The position numbers and the translations under genes were made by a program. DNA of 64,000 bases from Centroscyllium fabricii. Its lineage: Eukaryota. Of this stretch, positions 10,794 through 23,149 are shown in pieces; within the stretch, counting starts at the first letter, position 1; each line of letters opens with the position of its first letter. The DNA lies in the NCBI GenBank assembly GCA_051313645.2, contig JBNRSN020000295.1, positions 124,001 through 188,000 on the forward strand, in the 5' to 3' direction. The notes under the pieces are model-generated. The model saw nothing but the letters and a program-made list of their open reading frames with translations. It did not search any database and was not told where the DNA came from.

Positions 10794-10993
10794 NNNNNNN
10801 NNNNNNNNNNNNNNNNNNNNNNNNNNNNNNNNNNNNNNNNNNNNNNNNNNNNNNNNNNNNNNNNNNNNNNNNNNNNNNNNNNNNNNNNNNNNNNNNNNNN
10901 NNNNNNNNNNNNNNNNNNNNNNNNNNNNNNNNNNNNNNNNNNNNNNNNNNNNNNNNNNNNNNNNNNNNNNNNNNNNNNNNNNNNNNNNNNNNN
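10794..10993. other. Assembly gap (200 N)
   Basis: Run of N. Confidence 1.
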
Positions 10994-12937
10994 TGTTCCT
11001 TCCCCCCCACTTGTTCCTTCCCCCCCCACTTGTTCCTCCCCCCCCCACTTGTTCCTTCCCCCCCCACATTGTTCCTTCCCCCCCCACACTTGTTCCTTCC
11101 CCCCCCCACTTGTTCCTTCCCCCCCCACCACTTGTTCCACTTGTTCCTTCCCCCCCCCCCCCACTTGTTCCTTCCCCCCCACTTGTTCCCCCCCTTGTTC
11201 CTTCCCCCCCCCACTTGTTCCTTCCCCCCCCACTTGTTCCTTCCCCCCCCTTGTTCCCCCCCACTTGTTCCCCCACTTGTTCCTCCCCCCCACTTGTTCC
11301 CCCCCCACTTGTTCCTTCCCCCCCACTTGTTCCTTCCCCCCCCACTTGTTCCTTCCCCCCCCTTGTTCCTTCCCCCCTTGTTCCTTCCCCCCCTTGTTCC
11401 TTCCCCCCCCTTGTTCCCCCCCCACTTGTTCCTTCCCCCCCCCTTGTTCCACCCCCCACTTGTTCCTTCCACCCCCCACTTGTTCCTTCCCCCCCCACTT
11501 GTTCCTTCCCCCCCCACTTGTTCCCCCCCCACTTGTTCCTTCCCCCCCCCACTTGTTCCTTCCCCCCCCACTTGTTCCTTCCCCCCCCACTTGTTCCTTC
11601 CCCCCCCACTTGTTCCTTCCCCCCCACTTGCTCCTTCCCCCCCCCACTTGTTCCTTCCCCCCCCACCTTGTTCCTTCCCCCCCCACTTGCTCCTTCCCCC
11701 CCCACTTGTTCCTTCCCCCCCCACTTGTTCCTTCCCCCCCCACTTGTTCTTTCCCCCCCCCCACTTGTTCCTTCCCCCCCCCACTTGTTCCTTCCCCCCC
11801 CCCACTTGTTCCTCCCCCCCCACTTGTTCCTTCCCCCCCCACTTGTTCCTTCCCCCACCCACTTGTTCCTTCCCCCCTTGTTCCTTCCCCCCCACTTGTT
11901 CCTTCCCCCCCCACTTGTTCCTTCCCCCCCACTTGTTCCTTCCCCCCCACTTGTTCCTTCCCCCCCCCACTTGTTCCTTCCCCCCCCCCACTTGTTCCTT
12001 CCCCCCACCCACTTGTTCCTTCCCCCCCCCACTTGTTCCTTCCCCCCCCAACTTGTTCCTTCCCCCCCCCCACTTGTTCCTTCCCCCCCCCACTTGTTCC
12101 TTCCCCCCCCACTTGTTCCTTCCCCCCCCACTTGTTCCTTCCCCCCCCACTTGTTCCTTCCCCCCCCACTTGTTCCTTCCCCCCCCACTTGTTCCTTCCC
12201 CCCCCCACTTGTTCCTTCCCCCCCCACTTGTTCCTTCCCCCCCCCACTTGTTCCTTCCCCCCCCACTTGTTCCTTCCCCCCCCACTTGTTCCTTCCCCCC
12301 CCACTTGTTCCTTCCCCCCCCACTTGTTCCTTCCCCCCCCCACTTGTTCCTTCCCCCCCCCACTTGTTCCTTCCCCCCCCACTTGTTCCTTCCCCCCCAC
12401 TTGTTCCTTCCCCCCCCACTTGTTCCTTCCCCCCCCCACTTGTCCTTCCACCCCCCCACTTGTTCCTTTCCACCCCCCCACTTGTTCCTTTCCACCCCCC
12501 CACTTGTTCCTTTCCACCCCCCCACTTGTTCCTTTCCACCCCCCCACTTGTTCCTTTCCACCCCCCCACTTGTTCCTTTCCACCCCCCCACTTGTTCCTT
12601 TCCACCCCCCCACTTGTTCCTTTCCACCCCCCCACTTGTTCCTTTCCACCCCCCCCACTTGTTCCTTTCCACCCCCCCACTTGTTCCTTTCCACCCCCCC
12701 ACTTGTTCCTTTCCCCACCCCCACTTGTTCCTTTCCACCCCCCACTTGTTCCTTTCCACCCCCCCACTTGTTCCTTTCCACCCCCCCACTTGTTCCTTTC
12801 CACCCCCCACTTGTTCCTTTCCACCCCCCACTTGTTCCTTTCCCCCCCCACTTGTTCCTTCCCCCCCCCCCACTTGTTCCTTCCCCCCCCAACTTGTTCC
12901 TTCCCCCCTCCCCACTTGTTCCTTCCCCCCCCCCCCC
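10994..12937. repeat. ~20-22 bp minisatellite (CACTTGTTCCTTCCCCCCC)n; variant CACTTGTTCCTTTCCACCCCCC from ~12440
   Basis: Directly visible; the long ORFs here are artefacts of a stop-free repeat. Confidence 0.98.
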
Positions 12938-12999
12938 AAGCTTATAAAATGCCCACTCGTCCGAAAAGACAGACAGGTGTACCTCTTGAAACATCAGTA

Positions 13000-13467
13000 C
13001 AGGTTGAGCTTCGTTAATCCGGCACGGTCGGGACCAGGGCCGTGCCGAATTTTTTTGAGAAATCCGAATGATCGAAGCTCGGCGAGCGCATGCGCAGACC
13101 ATTCAACATGGCCACCGCAAAATTTTGAATGGTCTGCGCATGCGCTCGCCGAGGGGCCCGGACATGCGCGGTGGCCATATTGCGCATGCGCAAAATGGCC
13201 GCCGTGCGCGGCTGCGCATGCCCGGGCCTCCCCGATTGGTCTGCGCATGCGCAGCCACGCGCGTCGGTCATTTTGCGCATGCGCAGGGCAGAGGCCTGGG
13301 CATGCGCAGCCATTTTGCGTATGCGCAGACCAGTCGGGGAGAGGTCTGGGCATGCGCAGCCAAGCGCGCCGGCCATTTTGCGCATGTGCACGCCAGTCGG
13401 CCAGATTCATGCCGGATTGTTTGAAGTTGCCAGACAAACAGTGTCCGGATTAACGGTGCTCAACCTG
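13000..13467. mobile_element. Tigger/pogo-like MITE
   Basis: TA|CAGGTTGAGC...GCTCAACCTG|TA; the interior is mostly GCGCATGCGC and CCATTTTG repeats. Confidence 0.88.
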
Positions 13468-13739
13468 TACGAGAAGGTAATTGAACTGTGCAGTTCCAGC
13501 ATTTTGTTTGCGGAGAATTGGAATTAGGTTGACCTTTCAGCTCCAGCACCGTTTCTGAACGGCGCGGAGCTCAACTTTAAAATTTACTGAAGCAGTAACA
13601 TTCAGATTGGCATTGCTAATCAGACGCAATTGGGAACAGTTTTGAGATTCTCCTCACCCTAACCAATAGTCGCTGTTAGTTATTAAAGGTTGCTTAACAC
13701 TAAGCATCAAAACTGCAATTTCCCCCACCCCCCCACAAA

Positions 13740-14630
13740 CTAGAGTGGTAACACTCTCATGCGCGTCAGAAGGTTGTGGGTTCAAGTCCCACGCCAGAGA
13801 TTTGAGCACATAATCTAGGCTGACAATTCTGTGCAATGATGAGGGAGTGCTGCGCTGTCAGAGATACCGTCTTTCGGATAAGATATTCAATTGGCGTAAA
13901 AGATCCCACGGCACTTTAAGAGGAGCTGGGGTGCAGTTGCGGTGTCTGGGCCCTCAACCATCGTCACTTAAACAGATTACAGGAAACCCTCGATTTACCG
14001 GCACCTAAATAACTGGAAATCTCTGTTTACCAGCAAAATTCAGGAGTAGGTTCAGGTAAGTTTTACTTCATATTAGTGGCCGTTCCCGGATCTGTGGCCA
14101 TGTAACCGGGGCTCCTGCACCTGTTGCTAAGCAACAGGGACGCCTGATCTTCTGGACGGGGTTCCTGCACCTGTTGCTAAGCAACAGTGACGCCTGGATT
14201 TGTTGTTGTGTACGGGGCTCTCGGACTTTTTGCTATGCCTCTCTGTAATCTAGTCTTTTTGATAAACCGGCACCACGCCAGTGCTGGATTTAAAAATGTT
14301 TTTCCTGTATCTGGTCATTTATCTCACCACTGTTTGTGGAACCTTGCACACTGGCTGCCGCAATGTTGGGTGTTCCATCTTTCAGGGACGATGTTAGATT
14401 TGCCAAAAAAGTAATAAATTCCATAGCATTGTTCAGATAAGAGCGGGGACCTCTCCTCGTGTCGGACAAGTATCCCTCAACCAACAGCACTAAAAGATCG
14501 CTGTTTGTGGGACCTTGATCTGTGCAAATTGGCTGTGGTTTGCCTACATTACAAGTGGCTGCATTTCAAAGGTACTTTTTTGGCCCTGAAGTACATTGGG
14601 ACATGAAAGGCACTATATAAATGCAAATTA
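13740..14630 (+). mobile_element. SacSINE1/DeuSINE-like tRNA-derived SINE pieces with nested MITE
   Basis: GGTTCAAGTCCCAC B box and Deu-like core GAGGGAGTGCTGC...CCGTCTTTCGGAT. Confidence 0.6.
13980..14307. mobile_element. Tigger-like MITE with two GTTGCTAAGCAAC palindromes
   Basis: TA|CAGGAAA...TTTCCTG|TA; empty site ACAGATTATCTGGTC; internal 50-bp direct repeat. Confidence 0.7.
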
Positions 14631-14680
14631 CATTTTCTCATAAGCAGAAAACCCTCAGACATTTGAACATTGCATGTCCT

Positions 14681-14871
14681 CACTCCGTGTCCCACTCGCC
14701 ACTTGCACACCATGTTGTAGCTGGGCAGATAGAACATGCTACTTTTGCCCATAGAAGGAAGGCCCAGACAGCCAGCACAAGACACTGGGGAACCACAAAA
14801 CAGTGGCATGCGGACTCGCACCTATTCTTAGCAACACGGGTGTGCAAGTGGCGAGTGGGACACAGGGCGTG
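14681..14871. repeat. Inverted repeat (MITE-like), ~35-40 bp arms
   Basis: TGTCCCACTCGCCACTTGCACACC ... GGTGTGCAAGTGGCGAGTGGGACA. Confidence 0.75.
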
Positions 14872-16885
14872 TCTACATGCGCCGAATGAACTGTTCGGAG
14901 CAAGAATGACGGCAGTACAGAAACGAGATGCCCACCCACAGATGCTACATGAATCTGGAAGACAAGAAAACGAAACAAAAAAAAAGTGCGAGTCACCCTC
15001 AAAATATCATGCTCAACTAATAAATCAAAAGTCTTATTTATGCCAAATTATACATAATGTTGCAGAGAGTGTGCGCGCCCAGGTCACCAAAATTGTCCTA
15101 AAACTGCAGCAAGACTTTTTCTAAAAACAAGCAGTGAGTGGTTAGCGTTAAAACATCAGACTGTATCTAGTTACAGCTAGAAGAAACTCATCATTTAAAA
15201 CACTTTTGTGGTCGATTATATTCTAGCATTACTGGCTATCGAATAGGAGAAAGCTGTATATAGCCTCCACTCAAATCGCAGCTCACGGATACGTCAATGC
15301 TCATTTACTCCCCGCAGATTTTCCTCCGACGACCTTGATCTCGGCTACAAGTTTCAGTTGATAAACCTCAAGATCCAAACTTGCTACCCGAGGTTATGGT
15401 GGCCAATAATGAATTGCCACATCCAGTTGTTCAGTCCATAAAAATCCGTCACAAAAGCCACAATGGTTAACCAAATACAGGTTGTGCGCCGTTAATCCGG
15501 CCCCCGATCCAGCACGAATCCCGCTGGCCGGCCCACGTGATCCCAGGGATGCTCGCGATGCGCAGGCCTCTCCCTGACTGGTCTTTGCATGCGCAGCGGC
15601 CATTTTGAATGGTCTGCGCATGTGTGGCGGCCATTTTGAATTGTCTGCGCATGCGCAGCGGCCATTTTGAATGGGTTTGCCATGGAAACCTTTCAGAATC
15701 AGTGGGGTCAGTTGCTCCGTTAAGCGTTCGGAGTACCTTACTTTTACAGGAGACGACTCACACATCTACTTGTACAATAGCGTAACCCAGGGATGTAACA
15801 ATAGTATCCCCTTGTGACCTGGATAAGATCCCCATGTATTTTTCAAGTGCATTTCTTCAATCCCTTCGAAGGTGGACTGAGTTAATACTAGAGGCAGTGA
15901 GGCTTGGTTCAAAAAGTTTTATTCTAGTGCAATAGTTCTGATCGGGTTCACTCATTTCCAAATATACAATTGGTCTTTGTGTAATAAAAGAATGAAGATG
16001 CTACATTAACCCACTTCATCTTGCTTGACTTCAATAAACCAACTCCTCTGCATTGACTTTTTGAGCTTGGCTCTTCGGAGGCCTTTCTGCCCAAGCAGCT
16101 TCTCTGTTGCAAAATCTAGGCTCCATTTTTAGTGTCCGACATACTGCTTTTATGCCCGACTATGAACAGTCAAAAGAAATTGAAAACCTCCCAACAGTGG
16201 GTGTGAGGCATGCGTGGCGGCCATTTTGAATGGCCTGCACGGCGGCCATTTTGAATTATAGCCCTTCGAGCCCGCTCCGCCATTTTTTGATGAGATCATG
16301 GCTGATCATCCAAACCCAGCACCCCCTCCTACCCTCTCATCATATCCCCGACACCCCCAACTCTAAGAACTATATCTCACCCACATACTCATGGGCAATT
16401 TTTTTTAGTATCTCCAATTCACCTAACCTGCATGTGGTGGGAGTAAACCGGAGTACCCAGAGGAAACCCACACGAACACGGGGAGAACATGCAAACTCCA
16501 CGCAGAGGTGTCCCGGGACAAGCAGGATTCGAACCCAGGAGCTCCTAATTGCGAGGCAGCAGTGCTAACCTCTGCGCCACCATGTCATCCACTTGAACAT
16601 ACAATCTAGATGGACTGGAGTGCTGCATAGTCTAAGCTGCGACAAAGGGGGAAGTTAAAACAATATGCCGTTTGCCAGTTCAAGTGGACGTAAAAAATCC
16701 CACGCCCCTATTTGAAGAGCAGGGATCCCTCTTCAACATCCTTCCCTCAAACATCACCAAAACCAGATTACTGTATCGAGTCAATCGTCATTTATTTGGT
16801 CGCTCTGCCACAGTCCATTGGCTGTAAAGCACTTTGGAAGATCCCAACAACTTTATAAGTGCAACTTCGTTACTTGCTTTATAGT

Positions 16886-17195
16886 GGGCGGCCCGGTGGC
16901 ATAGTGGTTAGCACTGTTGCCTCACAGCGCCAGGGGTCCTGGTTCAAATCCGGCCTCGGGTGACTATCTGTGTGGAGTTTGCACATTCTCCCCGTGTCTG
17001 CGTGGGTTTCCTCCGGGTGCTCCGGTTTCCTCCCACAGTCCAAAGATGTGCGGGTTAGGTTGATTGGCCAGAATAAATTGACCCTTAGTGTTAGGGGGAT
17101 TAAATGGGGGTTACGGGGATAGGGTGGGATATGTGTCGGTGCAGGCTCGGTGGGCCGAAATGGCCTCTATCTGCACTGTAGGGATTCTATGATTC
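16886..17195 (+). mobile_element. HE1-like V-SINE, near full length
   Basis: tRNA-like head, V core, tail ending GGGATTCTATGATTC. Confidence 0.88.
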
Positions 17196-18057
17196 ATCCC
17201 TCTTGCTCCAGTCCTCTGGAAGGCTCCCGTGTGCCACTATTTCATGCTTTAACCTGGCAACATTAGCTTCAGAATCACCAAATGCAGTGCAGCAGTATCA
17301 ATATGCTGAAACACTGCACCATGAAGTAGTAGGGTTTATTTTCTGGCAGTACCGAGAACCAGCCTTTCCCCCCCCCCCCACAATTACAGGGAACGTCAAG
17401 AGGGCAGATCATCCACCGTGCAGCTCTCGGTTGTTAATCGGTCTACCCCTTCATTCAGAATAAACACAGCCACCCACTTCCCAAGTGCTGTGCATGGCCT
17501 CCTCACATCCAAGCATTCCGAATGTTAAATATTAATTCACCAGATCCAGCGCTCATTAAAAGCGATGTAGCCCAAGATGATTGGAACACAGAATCATTCT
17601 TCTGTTGAACAGGATATCAATAAATCACTACCAAAGTCTACTTTCTCAACTCAATTGAACAGCTTTGAAGTGATTGGGTGATTTTTGCTGTAGCCAATCT
17701 CCTTCCCCTAGCGAGTGGTTATAACATTTACTCATCCATCAATAAACAATTTGCTTTTCTGCAACCACTTCCTACTAAAAAAGTCCTTGAAACTAACTCT
17801 GGCAGTCTATGGTTCACAATGAAGGTTCAAAAAATGTCAGGACTTTAAAGCTTTTGAGATCAACGCAAACCTGCCACCAAGTCTAACAATTTCCTCATGG
17901 CAATACTCCATTTCCTCAATCCAAGATTGTTTGGATGTTGGAAACAGAATGGAGCATTCAGCCATTATTTTCAAATCTCATTGGCTTAAAAGGTTAAACA
18001 TACTCACCAGAATGTTTGATGGTTTTGTAACAATCCATCATCTGGTCAGTAACTTGT

Positions 18058-18345
18058 TACATAGAAGATAGGAGCAGGAGTCGGCCATTCGGCCCCTCGA
18101 GCCTGCTCCACCATTCAATGAGATCATGGCTGATCATCCAAATTCAGTACCCTGTCCCTGCCTTCTCCCCATATCCCTTGATCCCTTTAGCCTTAAGGAA
18201 TATATCCAAATCCTTCTTGAATATATTTAATGACTTGGCCTCAACTACATTCTGTGGTAGAGAATTCCACAGGTTCACCACTCTCTAGGTGAAGAAATTC
18301 CTCCTCATCTCTGTCCTAAATGGTTTACCCCTTATCCTTAGACTG
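18058..18345 (-). mobile_element. CR1 LINE 3' end fragment
   Basis: Matches the CR1 C-terminus (RNFFT.RVVNLWNSLP...GYGEKAG) and 3' UTR seen in other copies. Confidence 0.85.
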
Positions 18346-18390
18346 TTCCTACTGACCTATCCTTGTTATTTCCCACACCTCTCACTAGTA

Positions 18391-19420
18391 CAGGTTGAGC
18401 ACCGGTCATCCGGCACCCTTGGGACCAGGCCGGTGCCGGATTACTGAAAATTCCAAACCACTGAAAGTTAACATAAATGGAAGCGGTTGTAGGGAGAGGT
18501 GTAGGGGGTGAGTGGAGGAGGCTCGGCCTCTCGGGCGCTCACGGAACTGTCAGTAATACCAGGCCTCGGGGGTGCTGCCGGAGAGAAATCCAGCCCACAC
18601 CCACACACTCGGACTGCCGCACACGGTGAGGTATTGTGACCGCGGAGCCCTCACCCTGGGCCGCAGGGAGAGGCTGAGGGGAGCGAGCTGCCGCCTCAGG
18701 CTCGGCCGGGCCGGGCCGCCGCTTCACTTCCTCTTCTCGCATCGAGGCCAATAGAATACGGCCTAGATGCGAGAATCTGGGCGGCACGGTGGCAGAGTGG
18801 TTAGCATTGTTGCCTCACAGCACTGGAGACCCGGGTTCAAATCCAGCCTCGGGTGACTATCTGTGTGGAGTTTGCACATTCTCCCCGTGTCTGCGTGGGT
18901 TTCCTCCGGGTGCTCCGGTTTCCTCCCACAGTCCAAAGATGTGCGGGTTAGGTTGATTAGCCAGGATAAATTGACCCTTAGTGTTAGGGGGATTGAATAT
19001 GTGGGGTTACGGGGATAGGGTGGGATATGTGTTGATGCAGGCTCGATAGGGATCGAGGGATATGGGGAGAGGGCAGGGGCGGGATACTGGGTTTGGATGA
19101 TCAGCCATGATCTCGTTGAATGGCGGAGCAGGCTCGAAGGGCCGAATGGCCTACTCCTGCTCCTAGTTTCTATGTTTCTAATAGAAACCTACCCGGTTCC
19201 GTTGTCACAGACCACTACTTTCCTGCCGTGGCTTATAGCCCAGTCGCCGCATTACTCCCCGGGGACCGGAGTGCGCGGTAGAACACTCCCCGGGAGGGAG
19301 CCCGGGGATGGTGGCGCCGCAGAGCGGCTGCTCCGCAAACTGCAGACCGCCGGTTTCAATTTGTGCCAAACCACTGAAGGTGCCAGACCATCGGGTGCCG
19401 GATTATTGGTGCTCAACCTG
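18391..19420. mobile_element. Tigger-like MITE with nested V-SINE (~18779-19180)
   Basis: TA|CAGGTTGAGCACC...GGTGCTCAACCTG|TA. Confidence 0.85.
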
Positions 19421-20463
19421 TACAACTTGCTTTCATAAAGCACAATTAACATAGTAAAATGTCCCAAGGTGCATCATAGGTGTGTAAGCAGACACAAATT
19501 GACACCGAGCAAAAGGAGACATTAGTACAGATGACCAAACGCTTCAAAGAGGCAGGTTTCAAGTAGAGTCTTAAAGAAGGCGCGAGAGGTCCGGGGAGGG
19601 AATTCCAGAGCTTGGGGCCCAGACAGTTGAAGGCACGGCTGCCAAACGGGTGGAGCAAAGGAAGTGGGGGGGATGCACAAGAGGCCAGAACTGGAGGAAC
19701 GCATCGATCTTGGAGGCTTGCAGACAACGCTCCCTTTAAGCAGTGGCCACAGAGCTTTCGGGACCTCCCGCGCAGCCAACTCTTCAATGGGAGGAAAAAC
19801 CGCGCACGCACGGTGTTTTGAAGGACCGCGCATCCAAAAAAGTTAATGGGAACATTGGTTGTAGGGCTGGAGGAAGTTACAGTTCCTGTAGCACCTTCAA
19901 AAAAAACCAAGGACACACCAACATGAGAATCAAGTACAAACACATATCCCAACACGGCTGCACTTTTAAACGCTGTACCTCCTCAGACCAGAATCTAAAT
20001 AACCCACGCTAACCTTGCTGCTATGCTCACCAACTTCAACAAGGAGGCCAAGATATTTGAGCCGTGAAAATCTGCATGGTGGCCATCAATGGCACCCTAT
20101 AATCAGCTGACTGTTGCTAGGACTGAACAATCATTACGGCATAGCTGACAAGTTCCGCAACTCATTCAAGAGGGATGAATTCGGAAGTCAATTAAGGCTC
20201 CCTTCTTCTGGATAGTTTGTCTCTGGACTACGTGACAACTTGATCCATCAATATGATGTTTCAGGAGTCAGAACCAAAAGCTAATAATAATAATTCAACT
20301 TTATTGTCATTATACAATGTACAAGTACATGAACAACGAAATGTGATCTTGCAAGCTCCCAAGAGTCCAGCAAAGCCGCTGCGCCTGTGCGCGCCGCCAT
20401 TCCATCTTCCCATCATTCCGACAATCTTCAGCCAACCGCCCCTCCCCGGGGCTCCTTTCGTGA

Positions 20464-20537
20464 CCTTCTGCACCTGGTATTCCCTGGTGGTTACCCATCC
20501 AAGTACTAACCAGGCCTGGCTCTGCTTAGCTTCCAAG
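20464..20537 (-). pseudogene. 5S rRNA-derived fragment (3' two-thirds, internal control region)
   Basis: Minus strand GGAAGCTAAGCAGAGCCAGGCCTGGTTAGTACTTGGATGGGTAACCACCAGGGAATACCAGGTGC closely matches vertebrate 5S; the 5' part is missing. Confidence 0.85.
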
Positions 20538-21364
20538 CCTTGCCAGTGGCCCTGTCCCTAGTCCCAGGAACAGGGTTAATGTTATCTTGCTATCAAGCTA
20601 TCTTGTCTGGCTGGTCTAAAATAGATACTATACTACTGGTTAAGTAGAAACATGTTACACAAACCTATCATTGGTATTTTTATTTCAAGAGTATACATTC
20701 AGGCTCCTCTGATACCAATTTATGGTTCTAGTGACTGTGGCCATTACGACCAAATAGACACAAGCACAATTTTACAATGAATCCTAAATTTGTTTAAGGT
20801 TTAGGAAACATTTTAAAGTTCAGCTTATATTAAAAGTTTGCTGCAGCAATCTATGAAGACACTAACGGCACATTCATATGCACTGCTTTTATGTCCATTA
20901 ACTATACAAGAAAAGCTTAGCATTTGATTTCGAGCTTTCACTGAAGAGACAATTAAATAAAATTGTAAAGAAATGACAACAGGGAAACAGGCCGAGTTGG
21001 TCTTTATCCTCCACACAAGTAGTCCTTCTAATGTCATGCCCACTCTGTTCCCGTATCCCCTTTCTTCCCATTTCCTATGCTTGGTCTCTACTTCAATCAC
21101 TAACTCCAGTAGTGCATTCCACAGCCTCACAACCGTTTCTGTAAAAACAAAGTAGACACTGTCTACAGGAAACTCTCATTTTAAATGGCACCTAAGTATC
21201 CAGATTTCGCTAATAACTGGCAAAATTCAGGAGTGGGTTATGAGGCTTCCCTATACTGTATAATTGCGGCGGTAGAACCGGGGATCTCGTACCTTTTGCC
21301 ACATAACCATGGCTCCTACACTTCGGATTGTGTTAGGGGCTCTCGGATTTTGAGCCATTGTCAT

Positions 21365-22060
21365 AGAGTCACAGATTTATACAGCACAGAAAGAGGCCCT
21401 TCGGCCCATCAAGCCCCGTCTATTCTAATCCCATTTTCCAGCACCTGGTCCATAGCCTTGTATGCTATGGCATTTCAAGTGTTCATCTAAATGCTTCTTG
21501 AATGTTGTGAGGGTTCCTGCCTCCACCACCCTTCCAGGCAGTGAGTTCCAGACTCCAACCACCCTCTGGGTGAAAAAGTTCCTACTCAAATCCCCTCTAA
21601 ACCTCCTGCCCCTTACCTTGAAACTATGTCCCCTGGTTATTGACCCCTCTACTAAGGGAAAAAGTTCCTTTCTATCTACCCTATCTATGCCCCTCATAAT
21701 TTTCTATCTACCCTATCTATGCCCCTCATAATGTTGTACACCTCAATCAGGTCCCCCCTCAGCCTTCTCTGCTCCAAGGAAAACAACCCCAGCCTGTCCA
21801 GTCTTTCTTCATAGCTGAAGTGCTCCAGCCCAGGTAACAGCCTGGTGAATCTCCTCTGCACCCTCTCCAAAGCAATCACATCCTTCCTATAGTGCAGCGA
21901 CCAGAACTGCACACAGTATTCCAGCTGTGGTCTTACCAGCGTTTTGTACAGCTCCATCATAACCTCCCTGCTCTTATATTCTATGCCTCGGCTAATGAAG
22001 GCAAGTATCCCATATGCCTTTTTAACCACCTTATCCACCTGTCCTGCTGCCTTCAGGGAT
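21365..22060 (-). mobile_element. CR1 LINE 3' fragment nested in a Tigger-like MITE (~21165-22157)
   Basis: ORFs KAYGILAFISRG...LVRPQLEYCVQFW and RNFFTQRVVGVWNSLP; a small internal duplication causes a frameshift. Confidence 0.88.
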
Positions 22061-22643
22061 CTAGGTCACTCTCCATGTCCCTTCTTCCATATCCGGAATT
22101 TTTAATCAACCGGCACCATCCCAGTCCCATCGGTGCCGGATACCAAAGAGTGTCCTGTAATACATTACTGATTGTACTGTCCTATATTCTTCAGGTACAG
22201 TAAAGGAAATTTCTTCTCCTGGAAGTGATTCCAGAGCACACGTTAACTTCAGATATTTGTTCTGTCATGTGGCACAATAATACGGAATTTCCCAAAAGAA
22301 CTTCAATCTCAGCTACACTTATGGGCCAATGTTTACGCTGGGTCCCAACTGCATACGCTACTGTTATTGTGCACAGTTGGAAAATCACACCTCTGGTCAG
22401 AGACCACCAACTGCTGCGAAGAACTCCAACCCAGAGTATCTCATCCTAGAAACAGGCAGCACACAGGAGGCCATTCGGCCCATCGTGGCCGCGTCGGCTC
22501 TTTGAGTCCCACCTCTTCACCCATAGCCCTGCAAACTTTTCCTTTTCAAGTACATCCCCAATTCCCTTTAGAAAGTTATTACTGAATCTGCTTCGACCGT
22601 CCTGTCAAGCAGTTCATGCTGATCATAACTCACTGTGTGATGG

Positions 22644-22862
22644 CAGAAAAGGCTGGAAAAACTCAGCAGGCCAGGCAACATCCATGGAGAGAGAAAGAGT
22701 CAACGTTTCCGGTCGGGACCCTTTGTCAAGACGGAGTCTTGACAAAGGGTCCCGACCCGAAATGTTGACTCTCTTTCTCTCTCCATGGATGTTACCTGGC
22801 CTTTTTCCTGAGTTTTTCCAGCATTTTGTGCGGTTATTTCGGATTTCCAGCATCTGCAGTAT
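22644..22862. mobile_element. Inverted (palindromic) Penelope-type terminus with decayed hammerheads
   Basis: Arms fold about GAC-GGA-GTC (22730-22738). GTC-TTGACAA-A-GGGTCCCGACCC-GAAATGTT-GAC is a mutated hammerhead. Confidence 0.7.
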
Positions 22863-23149
22863 TTCGCTATTGTCACTGTGCGATGGGTTGAACGGCCTTC
22901 TTCTGTGCTGTAAAGACGATGAGGTTTATAGCGATGCAAAAGAACAAGGACTTGCATTTCTACAGCGCCTTTCACGGCCACCGGACGTCCCAAAGCCCTT
23001 TAACATTGTGGGTGTACCTGCACCATGTGGACTGCAGCGGTCCAAGGCGGCGGCTCACCACCATCTTCTCAAGGGCAATTAGGGATGGGCACTAAATGCA
23101 GGCCTAGCCAGCCAGCGACGCCCACATCCCATCAATAGGATAAAAAAAA

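Noticed and set aside
10994-12937. CRISPR-like array
   Set aside because: No unique spacers, only variable C runs; eukaryotic context.
10675-13453. Six 630-810 aa Gly-rich or Pro-rich ORFs
   Set aside because: The minisatellite lacks stop codons in all frames, and several ORFs run through Ns; not genes.
16000-16200. Minus-strand terminal coding exon (..MEPRFCNREAAWAERPPK..)
   Set aside because: No similarity I can recognise to HNRNPUL1 or any other protein.
16886-16960. tRNA genes at SINE heads
   Set aside because: A and B boxes run straight into V-domain or Deu-domain SINE bodies; no complete cloverleaf.
18006-18046. Hairpin ACCAGA..TGATGG/CCATCA..TCTGGT as miRNA, snoRNA or SECIS
   Set aside because: Too short for a pre-miRNA; no proper C/D boxes or SECIS geometry.
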